DNA from: Klebsormidium nitens
Taxonomy: Eukaryota > Plantae > Klebsormidiophyceae
DNA length: 64,000 nt
Assembly: GCA_000708835.1 (NCBI GenBank)
Contig: DF237109.1
Span: 1 to 64,000, forward strand
Direction: 5' to 3'
Shown here: positions 37,923 through 50,400 of the stretch, in pieces
Layout: every line of letters begins with the position of its first letter
How positions within the stretch are numbered: the first letter of the stretch is position 1
Program-made: the position numbers and the translations under genes
Notes under the pieces: generated by a model
Told to the model about the DNA's origin: nothing
Databases searched by the model: none
The model's input: the letters and a program-made list of their open reading frames with translations, nothing else

Positions 37923-38589
37923 TATTGATCAATTCCAAACGATGTAAAACCCCAATTGTCAAGACAACCAACCAATGGAGCAAACCTCAATCCCAGAACT
38001 GGAAACCAAGGCCTCTCGTCACGCTAAACTTGGTCCCAAAACCATGGCGCCCCCGACTCTCTCTGACTCTCTCGAATGCCGCCTCATCAACCTTGCGCCA
38101 TTTTCCAGAGCATGCACGCAGGACTAGTAGTAGTAGTACTACTATCCTAAGTAGTAGTAGCGCGGTGTTTACTTCCTCCTTGAACCATTTTAGGTACCAG
38201 TATCCGGAACCGGTCAGGCAGCTGGTTGGTACCTAGCAAGGCGAATACTGCGCTAGGTACGTACCTCCGTTGCCACATGTTCGAGAGCTGACCATTATTG
38301 GTTACACCCCGCTCCACGTGCAAAGGCATTCCCCTGGCAATTGCCTTGATGAGAAACAGAAACAGAACATGCAGTGGCACGTCCATCTTTCGTATCCTCG
38401 GCGCTTTGCTCGCAAGGTTGCAAGAGATCAAAGCCAGGACGCCTGAGCACAGTGTTTTCAGTCGAAGAAGGTCTGGAGGTGTCGCTTGCGCTAGCAGCTT
38501 GCGGCAGCATTTACTTCGTTTGGGCTTTTTGATCGAGACATCCGGAGTCTTGAGAACAGTTTCTTTGGGTCCAGCAAACAGACACAGGC

Positions 38590-41188
38590 ATGGCACACAA
38601 TGATGAAGTGCCGTCTCAATCGGTGCAGCAGATTTTGAATTGCCAGTACCAGGAGTGGTATCCCCACTTCAAGAGCCTGTCCTTTCGCAGTGAGATCATT
38701 CCAATCCCCAGGTCATTTGTCTCCTATCTTCTCGATGACGGGGGTGTCTTTCTTCCTGAGTCAAGCGACGCCTTGCCGAGAAGGTTTCACGAAGATGAAT
38801 TTTCTGCGGTTGACAACAGTGAGTATCGGAGGTGGGGGGAGGAGCCATACTCGTCGCAGGACGATGGCGAGTGCATGTCATCAGAGGTAAGGAATGCTGG
38901 CTGTTTGAAGTTGGTCACTGGCTATGGTTTAAACAAGGAAAGGTTGATTGCTGGAAAGGTTGATTGCTCGTTGAGATTAGCATGAGATAGCTTGGGGAGC
39001 AAAGTAATAAGCTGACACAATGCAAGAGGTTGGGTTTGTTTAGCAGCCCTGTCGAGGCAGGGTGACAACCGTGAACCTCACAAGTTAGAATTCACTGACT
39101 TGCACCAGTGTAGTCACTTGACAAATCCAAAGATCTACTTTTTCAAGACAACTTTGTTGGCACTTTCCGAAAGACCTTTTGTGATCTTTCATTTGATAAT
39201 TAAGTGTGCTACTATCATCAATAAGAAGCTGCGGTTGGGATCGTACACGTAATTATACCCCATAGACTTGGAGAGTATTCGAAGGAAGGTTTTGCCAGAG
39301 TCCAGTACAGTCTATCAATGGTTCTTCATCTGGAAAGCTCTCCCCTTCGCTTCAAACCCGAAAACATCACTTCTTAAAAATGTTCATTGTTTTCTTGTAC
39401 ACAGTACTGCAGCCTCCCCTTACAGGACATTGAATACGAATTAAGGACTTACAAGAGCCTGAAAGTTCCATTGTCAGAGCACCACTTAGAAACACCCTCC
39501 CTGTTCTCACAGGCACGTTCGTTCCCTGAGCTCGAGAAGACCCTGGACGAGGCCATCGCTCGGCTGGGGGGCACCGTGGTTCCCAAGCTCAATTGGAGCT
39601 GCCCCAAGGACACCGCTTGGGTTAGCCCCTCAGGGAGCGTCAAGTGCGACAACGGGGCCGAGGTTCTCCTTCTTCTGAAAAGCTCTGACATCGTCGTGCA
39701 CGACCTGTGCCACGCTTTTGACAACTGCCGGGACGGGGGGCTCACTCGGCCGGAACACTTCGTCCTGGTGCTCAAGAAGTGGCATCCGCTGAGGCCCGAG
39801 ATGGAGTTCCGGTGCTTCGTGAAGGGGAACCAGCTTCGGGGTAAGCAGCGCAATCATACCTGTGCAGCTGCATCTGGTTTTGAGATACGTCCAGTTCTTC
39901 AACCTGGATATTTGGAGGAACCAACTTTTGAGTTTGCTGAGTCAAAGAGCAAGGGTGCAAAGGCCTATGCCTAGAATTGAGACGTTTTTTAGTGAAGCAT
40001 GTGGTGTCTCGGCATTGTTAGACGAATGTGTCAGAGAAACGATATAAAGAAGTCTCAGTCAGTTGCGCTCAAATCTCTGCTTTGAGGCAGACATCTGGAT
40101 GTTTCAAACGTTTCCAAAGACTCTTCTTTCCCACCCGTTTCATCTTAAGGCGCTTCTCTTCTTTCATGTATCATGATTCGCTCTTGGCCAGTCTGTTTGC
40201 GCTGGGCAACTCTGAGTTGAAGCACAGTAATCGATTCCGACACTCGATGCATCGACCATCTCTTTCCGGCTTCTTACTGAGTGCAGTTCAAAGAGGGTTT
40301 CTGTTCCCCTCCTTCGTGGGTGTGTTTCTGAGCGGACTCCCGTTTTTAAGGACGCTTCGACCATGTAGCTTACCATTTTCCCCTTCAGCGAGGAGTTGTG
40401 TGGTTCTTTTTTTACATGTATTGAACACCCTCTTGTCACACCCTCTGACTTCTCTCGTACCTTCGAATTCTCATTTTCGGCCGGCTCATTTTGCAGGCAT
40501 CTGCCAGCGGGAAGTGACCTCCTTCTACCCGAGCATTCTGGAGAGCAGAAAGGAGCTCGGTCCAGTTATCGAGACCTTCATCCAGGACCACGTTCTGGGG
40601 CATTTTCCGGACCCGGACTTCGTCTGTGACGTCTATGTGACGTCAGACAGACGGGTCAAGATCATGGACTTCAACCCGTATGGAGGCGGCACTCTGCCGC
40701 TGCTCTTCTCGTGGTCTGACTTCGAGGAGGCAGGCACGAGCGAGAGGAGTTCGGAAACGAAACAAACACATCCGGAGTCGGGGCGGGGTGAATCGGCATC
40801 GACCGGAGTCTGTGCGGAGGGAAGAGAGCCGGGAGTAGGACTGAGAGTGTCCACCTCTCGAGGGGCGAACTTAGACCGGGAAGGAAGCGAGCAGAACGAA
40901 ATGAACGGAGATGGCACAAGAAGGTCGGGTAGGACGGAGACGAGTTTTGGGTCCAATGAAACGGCGGAACGGCCTGATCGAGGTCTCATCGTAGACGAAC
41001 TTTCTGCTGCCTCGAGGGGAGAGCAAACGCGGAGCCCTGTAGAATTCCGGATAGTGGAGACGGCTATGGGGGTGATGCCCAGCATGGCGATTGCGGGTGG
41101 GGCGCCGTTTGATCTAGTGGATCTGAGCTCGGGAGGGGCGATTGACGATTTCATCAAAAGAGCGGCAGAGGCGCCGGGTTCCGATTGA
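38590..41188 (+). CDS. CDC123: Cell division cycle protein 123 (D123, ATP-grasp eIF2 assembly factor), ~438 aa
   Basis: Exons 38590-38886, 39513-39840, 40497-41188; 1317 nt, in frame. Motifs: CQYQEWYPHFK..S, VVPKLNWSCPKDTAW, LLLKSSD...HDL, LVLKKW..LRPEMEFRCFVK, ICQRE...FYP, DVYV...RVKIMDFNP.GG.TLPLLFSW. Confidence 0.93.
38937..38968. repeat. Perfect 16-bp tandem duplication
   Basis: GGAAAGGTTGATTGCT x2 in CDC123 intron 1. Confidence 0.85.
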
Positions 41189-42883
41189 CCCTGTTGTACT
41201 GCATCAAGGTAGAGGGCGCCCAGTGATTGCTCATTCGAGATTATTTAGAAATTGTATCGACCTCAGCCTTCGGTCTGCATGGACGATTGTTCGGTCTTGT
41301 GTTCAAAGGTGACGTTGCTCCGGTACGTTACGATGTCAGCTTGTGATTTCTTCAAGATGGATATGCTCGCTCCCTATATGACATCAGCGACGGCCTTGCT
41401 CCGGTTCACTCGTGCCCGTTCCATACTAGTCCTAGCTTACACTGCCGACCGTGCGGCATAGAATATGGTTACATGGCTGCAGTCAGGTACTGCTCAGGTA
41501 CTCCTCTTTGAAAAGCTTAAACGGAACGTCCGCGTCCTTAATCAGTACTGCGACGTATGTACCGATGCTTTTATATCATGCACACCTTAACATGATGCGT
41601 AATCCACATGGTAGAATCTCCTTGACCACATTATATGATCAGTTGGCTGGCTTCTGTCGCAATGTGCATAATCCGCGCGTGGTTGAATCTCATGGTGCAA
41701 GACCATGCATGTTATAATCAATTGGCTGCCACTAATTGTCTTTACTCATTTGAGCACTGCACTTCAAGTTCCGGCCGCGGTACGGTACATAGTCTCAGCA
41801 TGCATGGCAGCAAAGGAGCATCCGCCCTGTTCGAGTACGCGCCATGCACTGACTGCCACGTCCCGAACAAGTCGAGCCGAGAGCCGTGCGCACCGCCGTC
41901 TGATTTAGGCTGGCGGCCGCGCGTGTCCGAGCTAGCGGGTTTGCGACCGCTGAGGAAGCGCGGCCGCGGCCGCTGCTGCAGTGCAAGATAGACGGGAAGC
42001 GCAAGCTCAATGAAGGATCATAAGAATTACAAGAGACCTTCAAAACAAAAAGCTGATCAGCAGTTTCTAAAAGGAATCAATACTCAAATAAAGAGAGCTA
42101 CAAAACAAGATCTTTGTCAGCAGTTCGTGAACAGAACTTACAGAAACTAGAACCTGCACACCGACAGCACAGGTCGCATCGAAGACATTCTACAACCAGG
42201 AGAAGGAACTGGGAGGCAAACCAACGCAGCAAGCCTGGACATTAAGTAACTCTGGAGGAATCGCCTTGTCTCCGTGAGTCCCTCGACCGAAGCTCCTCAG
42301 GATCGTCTTGATGGTGTCAAGGGTTGATTGACGATCTGGCGGATAGTGAACCTGTCTCCAGTAGATATCAAACCGTAACTTCATTGTCATACCCAGCTCT
42401 TCTAGTCAATAAGGCTTTTCGTTTCTGCAAGAGCTTGCAGGCAAAGAAGTTTGAGAAGACGATGCATTCTGTGTCAATCTTGTTCAAGTGTCAATCTTTA
42501 ACGTTCGAGGGGAAGCTTCTCGATGCATGTCTCAACAAGTCTCCCCACTTGAACAACACAAGCTTGATTCTTCCACCAGATCAGATTCGAGCAGCATGCA
42601 AGCTGCTGGACAGAGAACAATCAATCTTCAGATCTGGCCATGTAACGTGATTATTTTAGGGAAAGCTGTAGGGACTCAGAAGCTGTAAGCCGTGTGAATA
42701 GGAAGCAAGTTGATGTTGCCAAAGCCTCAGATGCGAGAGAGCGTAGAGGCTAGCAAGTTGAATGATCAAAGCGCACTTCTGGACATGTACTGTTCAAGAA
42801 GGATTGAACCAGGCTTCGTTTCGCTTATCTGCAGGAAGGAAACAAAAGACTTCTGCGTGACTTGTTGACCTTTCTTCACAAAC

Positions 42884-43219
42884 ATGTACCTCGTAGTCTC
42901 CTTCGGGTTTGGGCTTGAGTCAAACGTTTCAATCCACTCTCTGACCCCAAACCTGCAAGAAGCAGAGGCGATCTACGAGAGCGTCTTGCAAGACGCAGAT
43001 GAAGAGAACGAGGAGTGCGAAAATGGGTACTCGGCGGCTAAGCTGATGGTTGAGCTGATCAAGGTACCATCCGGCTTTCAAAGCCAGACAGGCGTCACTT
43101 TGTTCTGGGGGGAGGAGCAGCCCGGTGTGCAGATCATCAAAGGGAATAACCGCGACCCCGAGGAGCTGACATCGCCTGAAACTGTCGCGAGAGAAGTGCG
43201 TAGGATGTCCTTGGAGTAG
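42884..43219 (+). CDS. Intronless 111-aa acidic hypothetical protein
   Basis: ATG in an acaaacATG context and protein-like composition: MYLVVSFGFGLESNVSIHSLT...EAEAIYESVL...LMVELIKVP.GF...GVTLFWGE. Codon usage looks coding. No family was recognised with certainty. Confidence 0.6.
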   Translation: MYLVVSFGFGLESNVSIHSLTPNLQEAEAIYESVLQDADEENEECENGYSAAKLMVELIKVPSGFQSQTGVTLFWGEEQPGVQIIKGNNRDPEELTSPETVAREVRRMSLE

Positions 43220-44456
43220 GAAGTAGCTACTCCTATGCCTGAGATGCTTCCTATGCCTGAGGTGCTGTAGAATAGTCCAGATTAAGAGCTTGGTACGACG
43301 CTGATGCTACCTGCGTACAATGTAAGGCACCGAACCACTAGCCAGGGAACATCAAAACTCGTGCACGAAGTTCCAAAGACACTTTAAGCACAGTCTCATA
43401 AGGTATAGATAGGCCGTGAAATGCAACACCGTCATTCTTCTGTCCGCTTGTTTATCGTACTTCACGTGCATGGCAAGTGGAAGCATCAATGATTCGTTTG
43501 ACAAGGTTGAGTCACTGCTTATCCGCCCATGCATATTATTCGGTGTTTTGGGTAGCTATCGTCGATCTTGTGGCTAGGTGCTCGAGCTAACCGTCGAACC
43601 TGATGATCCAGCTTGTATCATCCTTTATCATCTGCATGAGACGTGGATCGAGCATATACGCGTCCGTTCTCAACATGCTTACATTCACAGCCCTGGTGGC
43701 TGCAGGCACCTTTGCATTTTCAAACCTCGAACCGTACGAGCTTGCGTGGCGGCATTTATCAAGCCTTAATCCTGACCCCCTAACTCAGTCGTAATAAAGT
43801 CAGCAACATATGGTCTTGGCTCGGGGTGGCCAAGCTCTAAATGTTCGTGCACAAAAGGATCGTGTGACGGATCGCTGCCAAGTATGATATCATCCATTTC
43901 GCATGGCATCTGAGGTTGTCTCGTCAATTGGGTGACTAGTCGGGAAACCTCAGTACGAAACTGCATGAACGTCGTCAGCACGCGCCAGCATTGAATTCAA
44001 TGGCCACGAATGGGAAGAGACGTTCAATTTGTAATGATTGCTACGAACTCAGCTAGGAGCAAACGCTATCAAAACGTAAAGAAGTTGACCGTCGTCTGCA
44101 GTAACAACGATCATTTTGGACGATAAAGAACGTACGCGTAAGATGGGAAGGTGAAATTGAAAACGAAAGTCTTTTGCTTGCCTGTCGGATGGCCTAAATG
44201 GGCGGCGGTTAGTATAACAGCGAGTTGAAGGAGATCGCAACGTAATTTCATTCGGGGACCCTATCGCAAAATCCGGTTTGGTGCAAGCGTGCGGTGCACC
44301 ATGCAATGCGTGTCGTAGAATCTTTGGCTGAGCTGCAGCAAGAAGGAACCGGGAGTGGACATATGCAACCGCGTCCAATGTTGGAGGTTTTCCGAATGTC
44401 GTCCATGCTATGGTTACATTTCCTCCATAGGTCTGTCGCGACATAAACCGCGCTGG

Positions 44457-47400
44457 CTATAATGAATTCTCAAAGTCAATGGCTTCACAAACTGGAGTGT
44501 GGCACGCTCTCCGACGCGCTACCATCAGAAAGCACTCGTCGAACTCCTGCGCCTGCGTCTGCTGCCACCGTGCCAAATCCGTTCCGTCCGATACTACCGT
44601 CTCCAACGGAACCCGGAACACTGCCATCGCCTTGAGCAGGGCCTGCGCGACCAGCGGGTTGAGAGCCATCCCAAACAGCACCCTCGCGGCGACCTCTAAG
44701 CTCTCCCGAACTTTCCGCAGCTCGTCAGTCTTTCGCTCTCCAGTATCCCCACTCCTAGTTGCGCTTTCCGCAGCACGTTCCGCCGTTCCTACCTCCCCGT
44801 TCTCGCGCCCCGGGAAACGAACTTCTGCACTAGCTAGCGGTTCCCTCAGGCGAGACTGCAAATCCGCACCGTTTGATGACGTAGGTGCAAACGTCAGCAG
44901 GCCCAGGAGTGCCCGGTAGAGAAGCGCGAACGCGTCCGCGTGGTTCGTCACCCCTCCAACCCAGGCCGCTGTTTCCTGCAACCGCAGCGTCACTCGCACA
45001 GCGGTATCCAACCGGTCCGAAAACTTGCCCCGCCAGAACCGGACGACTTCCTCGAAAGGCCCCGTTGTCAGCTCCGTTTCTCCGTCTGCCCCCTCGAACG
45101 CGACCACTCCGTTCCCGACAGGGCCTCTGGCTGGGTTTTCTGCCTCCGAAGTCGCAGTGGGCTGCTCGGGGAACGCCACAGGGGTTACAGGAGGTTTCGG
45201 AGCCTGGTTTGGTCCTGTTCGGAGGCCTAACCCGGGTTGTGGGAGCATCTTCCCAGGAGGCGCCGATTCACACCCCCTGGAAGGTACTGATTCACATCGC
45301 TTCCCGCCCAAGATCCTCCGCAGGTGGTGGCTCGCCAATTGTGCGAAGAGCGCGTCTTCCTCGTGATGGTTATCGAGCTCCTTGTCGAACAACCGGCGCA
45401 CGAGGTCGCGACCCTCGATCCTGGCCAACCCGTGCCTGCCACGTGGCCCGTAGATCCACCCCGCTAACCGGTTCAAGTACGACTCCGACCAGCCCCCAAA
45501 GAGCTCGGTTAGGTAGTCCAGCGTCCGAACCAGGGTTTGCTCGACTTGGGAGGGGCTTTGAGATTTGGAAGATTTACTGCTCAACCCGCTTTTCGCGCTC
45601 TCGACTTCGTGGGTCATACTTACCGCTAACCTGTCCCGCAAATCCTCGTCTTCGTCTTCCAACAAACGCGCCGTTAGGAACCACGCGTCCAAAACCGCCT
45701 CCACCAACCACGTTTCGTCTCCCTCCCGTTCCTCCTCGGCGGCTCCTTTGGGAAGCTTAGCGGATTCTCCGGGCTGCAGGGAGGCCGCTGCTGCCGGCGC
45801 GAGCTTTAGGAGTCCGCTCGCGACTACCGCGTCTCCCGCTGCAGACCGGAAGCTGACCGGCTCGCTCGCGCGGCTGTGCTTCTTCACCAGCTTCAGAAAC
45901 AAGGCCACTTTCTCGGCTAACCCCGCTTCGTTAGCACTGGTCCCGTTTGCGAACCCTACTTCGTTAGCACTAACCCGGGTTGCAGAACCCATTCCAATCG
46001 CGTTGATCCCGCCGGTCTTCAACGCTTCGCGCTGACTCACTTTGGCTCCTGTCGCGCAACTTTCAGAAACATCTTGCAGACCGGCACTGGAGTGACTCTC
46101 TTGCCTGCTATCCCCCTCGAGGCCTTGTTTCGGGAAGCGTCGCTCCTGTAACAGGCGGTTCAAGCACGCCCCTAGGCAGCACAGGGCCGCTTCCTTGCTC
46201 TTCCCTTGTCGCGCCGTCAAGTAGACGCTCAACACCGTCTCCCACAAGGCCTCTATCTCCGCAGTGTTACTCGTGCCCAAAGCTCCGTCTGAAACTCCGG
46301 GCCCTGTTTTGGCTCCCGTCACCGGATTCCGCTCTGCTTGGCTGAGCAGGAAGAACACGCGCAGGGCCCTCCGAACGCACTTCGGGTGGGCTTCAACCGC
46401 CAGCCGTCGCACGATCGCCTTCAGCAGGAAACTCGACTCTAAGGGGGAAACAACGCCACTGCCGACAACCCCCCCGGATGCGAACTTCTTCAAGGACTTC
46501 AGGACGGCGAGCCGCACTTCGTAGCTGGAGTCACCCGGTGCGCTCTCTACCACGGCCCCCCAAAAGCTTCCCCCTCCGGTGCTGCCTCTGCCTGCTACCG
46601 CATTTCCCGGAAGAGGACTCTCAGGCGAAAGAGCACAGCCGAAGTACAGCAAAGCCGCCTTCTCCCTCAGATCCGCCTCCGCCACGGCTGCCCCAAAGCT
46701 AATCCCGTTTCCTCCCCCGCCGTTTTCTGCCAAATCTACCCCCCCGAGCCGGCCTGCTTCCCGGCAAAGCTCCAGCAGCAAATCTCGCACGCGATTCCGC
46801 AACTCGTCCCCGTTCTCCAACCCTACCACGCCCTCCCGCAGCCCATCTAAAAGTTTCAGAAACGCGACTGCCACTAGGGGGCTGCGGCATCCCCGTTTAG
46901 GCGACCCCAGCCAGGCACGCGACTCTATCAGCGGCAGCGCTTCTTGCAGCACGGACAAACGGGCCGGTTCGTCGGTCCACTGACTGACGCTACTGAGTAA
47001 CGCGCACGCTTGAAGGAGGCTCCCGTGAGCGGCGTTTGAAGAGGGGTTTGGGGGGGTTGAAGAGAGATTTGCGGGGTTTGGAGAGGGGTTTAGAAAGTTT
47101 GTAGAGGGGTTTGAAGTTTCAGGGCTGGCGGGTTCGCCGCTCGAGGACGGGGAAGCGGGGTTGGCGGACTCTGAACCGGTGGCTTCTCCGCGGAAATCGC
47201 CGCATGCAGGACTTGTTTCCGGGCTGGTTCCGTCACGGACCGCGTTATGAGACGAGCAGTCTTGCGACGTAGGACTGAGTTCGTCGCTGCCCGGTTCGGG
47301 GTTAGCCGGTTCGAGGCCCGAGGAAGAGACGCAGGAATCGGTGGTGGAGGGAGGAGTTTGAGGTAACGCAGATACGAGGCGCTTCAGAAGCGGCAGGACG

Positions 47401-50400
47401 TCTTTGGCGGGGACGAGGGGAGCCAAAGCGCGGCTCGCCAGTGCGCGAACGTGGGCGTTCCTGCGGGAAAACGCGCAGGCGGGGTCAAGTCAAGCCCCAA
47501 GGTACTTGCGATAATCTCCGCATCCGAGCAGGGAAAGTTGGCCATGCAAGTCGTAACGAATTTGAGCAGTTGAATACACTCCCCCATCGAAGCGCCTGCG
47601 AGAGGACAACCTCGCAGTCGCCATCTCGATAATCCGTCCTTGACGGTCTCAGCAGAGGTTCAAATTGATTACAGCTCATAAAAACAAGCAATGATTAATG
47701 TTTCCACGTTGAAGAAGCAGATCTACATCGCTTACGGCTCCTGCAATACAAACACCTTTTCCTCATCCCGGAAGGTCCGCGAAAGAACGTTGGCTGAAGA
47801 CCAGCCCAAGATCCTCAGCTTCGGGATGATGGCAACTCATCGAGAACTCCTAATTCAAGAATAAGATCTCCTCAGGGGTCCGGGACACGCGTGCAAGGTC
47901 ACAACCATTTTCCACATCCATCCAGCGTCCAAACCTGTGCAGTCAGAACGCACTTTTCCTAGGCAATGAACGCACCCTAACACGAATCCACAACCCTCAC
48001 CTCTGCGTGGCGCACCGCATGACGAACGGAATGAACGCTGACGGCGAGTTCACGTCATCCTGGGCGGTCTGAAGGACGGATGGGCGCAGCCTGGCGAGCA
48101 GCATGAGCACCGGGTACAGGGACGGGTGCACGGCGGTGGTGCGCTGGGTGGAGGGGTTCTCGAGCTGCCACGTGGCAGCGCGCAATTCGTCGAGGAGGAA
48201 GGGGTGCAGCGTTGGGTATCTGTGAGTTACGGAGGTACGTCAAGAACGGGTTTCCGAGAATGGGAGTAATGATCGCAGTGGAGAGAAAGGATGAGCAAAT
48301 CAACCGGAACATCATTTGGGCTTTCATCTAGGACCATTGCGTAATTGAAGGTTGTGGTCACGAAACATAGAGAGGGAAATTCGAGAAGATGCTGCAGAGT
48401 CAGGACTTGATTGATTCAAGAAGGAGGTCAAGACGGAAACCTTGCAGGAAGGCGACTGCGTCACAAATCTCCTGTTTTGATTTCTCTGATACAAGTTTCG
48501 ATCGGCACCGCCGCTAAGAAGCTTCGGCAGAGAGCGAATTGTGCCTGTTGAAGAAGTCGAGGCTGGAGATGCCCTTTTTGTGCGCGCGCTCCGACTGGCG
48601 CAGGTTCAGGTAGCCCACCATGCGCAGCACCAGCGCGGCGTACGCCAGAGAGGCCGCGTTGCGGACCTGGAACGATACGATCAAACAAAAATCAACACTA
48701 CGAATCAAGCCTTCTGCAACCAATCCAATTTTCAAACCTAGGAGGCTTGGACTTAGGTCGACAGCTAGCTGAAACGCCAAAAAAACGGGTGTGATGCATC
48801 GCGAAAGACAAGAAAGGGTTGTCCGGAAGGTTTAGTGGATCTTCAAAGCGAGAGTACGCAGGATCTTACCTTCTTTTCATGACCGCATGTTATGGGCAGA
48901 TTACGACGGTCTGAGTCTCAAGGACCCGAAGTTGAAAATGGTCAATACGAAGATGGACAACCAGTCTAGCAAATTCCCAAGGACAAACCCCCGTGCGCGT
49001 CACCAACTCTGTCCTCCTCTCCGCAAACATCCCAAACAGGAAATCTACAAGTGAAAACGGCCCACCTCCCAGTGCGGCGATGCAAACCCCCTGACCGCCA
49101 CCATCAGCCCCTCTGCCGCAAATCCCGACGTATCGGTGCCCAGGTTGGTATTTCCAAAGGCCACTCGTAGTGTATTGAACGCGTGCACCTGCGGGACCAT
49201 TCCCTCCAGCGCAGCCTTAACCACCCGCTGCCATCCCCCGACCACTTTTCCAGCCTGTTCGGATCCTTCGGGGGGGTCTCCTTCAGGCACTTTCTCACCC
49301 CCCCCCAGCTCTCCCTTTTGCCCCGATGTATCCTTCGCGCCAGTCTCCGGATGGCTCCCTTCGCCCCGTTCCGATTCCGGCCCCTCTGCGCTCGGCTCCT
49401 CACCCTGGGGGGTCATTTCCGCGGCATCTTCCGCCGCCCGCCTGGCGGGAATCGTCTTGCCCGGGGGCTCCCCCCGGGCCCAGCTGAGCAGCCAGGGCAT
49501 CGCCTTCTTGAGCAGTCTCTTGGGCGCTCCTTCCGGTTCCGCTTCGAAGAGGGCCAAGAAAGCGGCCGGAATCCCGGCGCTCCGGCGGACCAGGTCGTCG
49601 ACGCCTTGCCCCGGGCTGCTCGCTTTGGCCATCAAGCGCTCCATCCACTGCTCGGGGAGGCGGGTCAGCCTGGACGAAGAAAACAACGGAGGGCTGTGGT
49701 TAGGAAGCTTCTTATGGGCTTGAAAAAGAGCTAGGGTGCGCAGGAACAAAGATCAGACGTTGGCTCGAGGCTAAAGAAGACGTTGAAAACAGGAGACCCG
49801 TTCTAACGAAAATACAAAAATGCGGAAAGTTGGCGGACGCGGTGCTCAGGGATCGGAGGGGGGCGAACTCGATCGGGAGACTCGAAAGAGAAAGATAAAA
49901 CGAGACCGCTCATTGACAGCCCTGCCAAAGCATTGACTGCTTCAAGAAACCCCCCTTCATGTTCAAAAAATGCGAAGGACGCCCCACCTTTGCGTAAGGA
50001 GCTAAAGATTAAACTTTCATCCAAAGGCTTTTCGGTTTTCCTGAGGCATTGGGTTTTTCTCCCTTATTTTCCGTGTACTAAACTCTGTGTCAACCGAACT
50101 TCCCGTTGTGAGACACTTTGTCACAACCATCTTCAGGCAAGAACACTTCAAACGGAGCACACGGGCCAATTGAGCATTGATTCTCGGTGACTCACTCAGG
50201 CGTGCCACACTTGAGCATGCGCTCGCACAGCGCCACGAACCCCAGCTGCGTCTTGTCGATTGCGCCGTTGTGCTTCATCCCTAGGAGGACCGTCACGAAG
50301 TGGTCCCCGATCTGCCGCAACTGCTCCGGGTCTAACAAGCCCTCCCCACCGCCATCCGACTTCACAAAAGTTGCCCCTCCGTTTTTCGTCACTGCCGCAG

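Noticed and set aside
44049-44444. 131-aa minus-strand ORF just after the THADA stop
   Set aside because: It lies in the expected 3' UTR and has no recognisable motif or coding bias.
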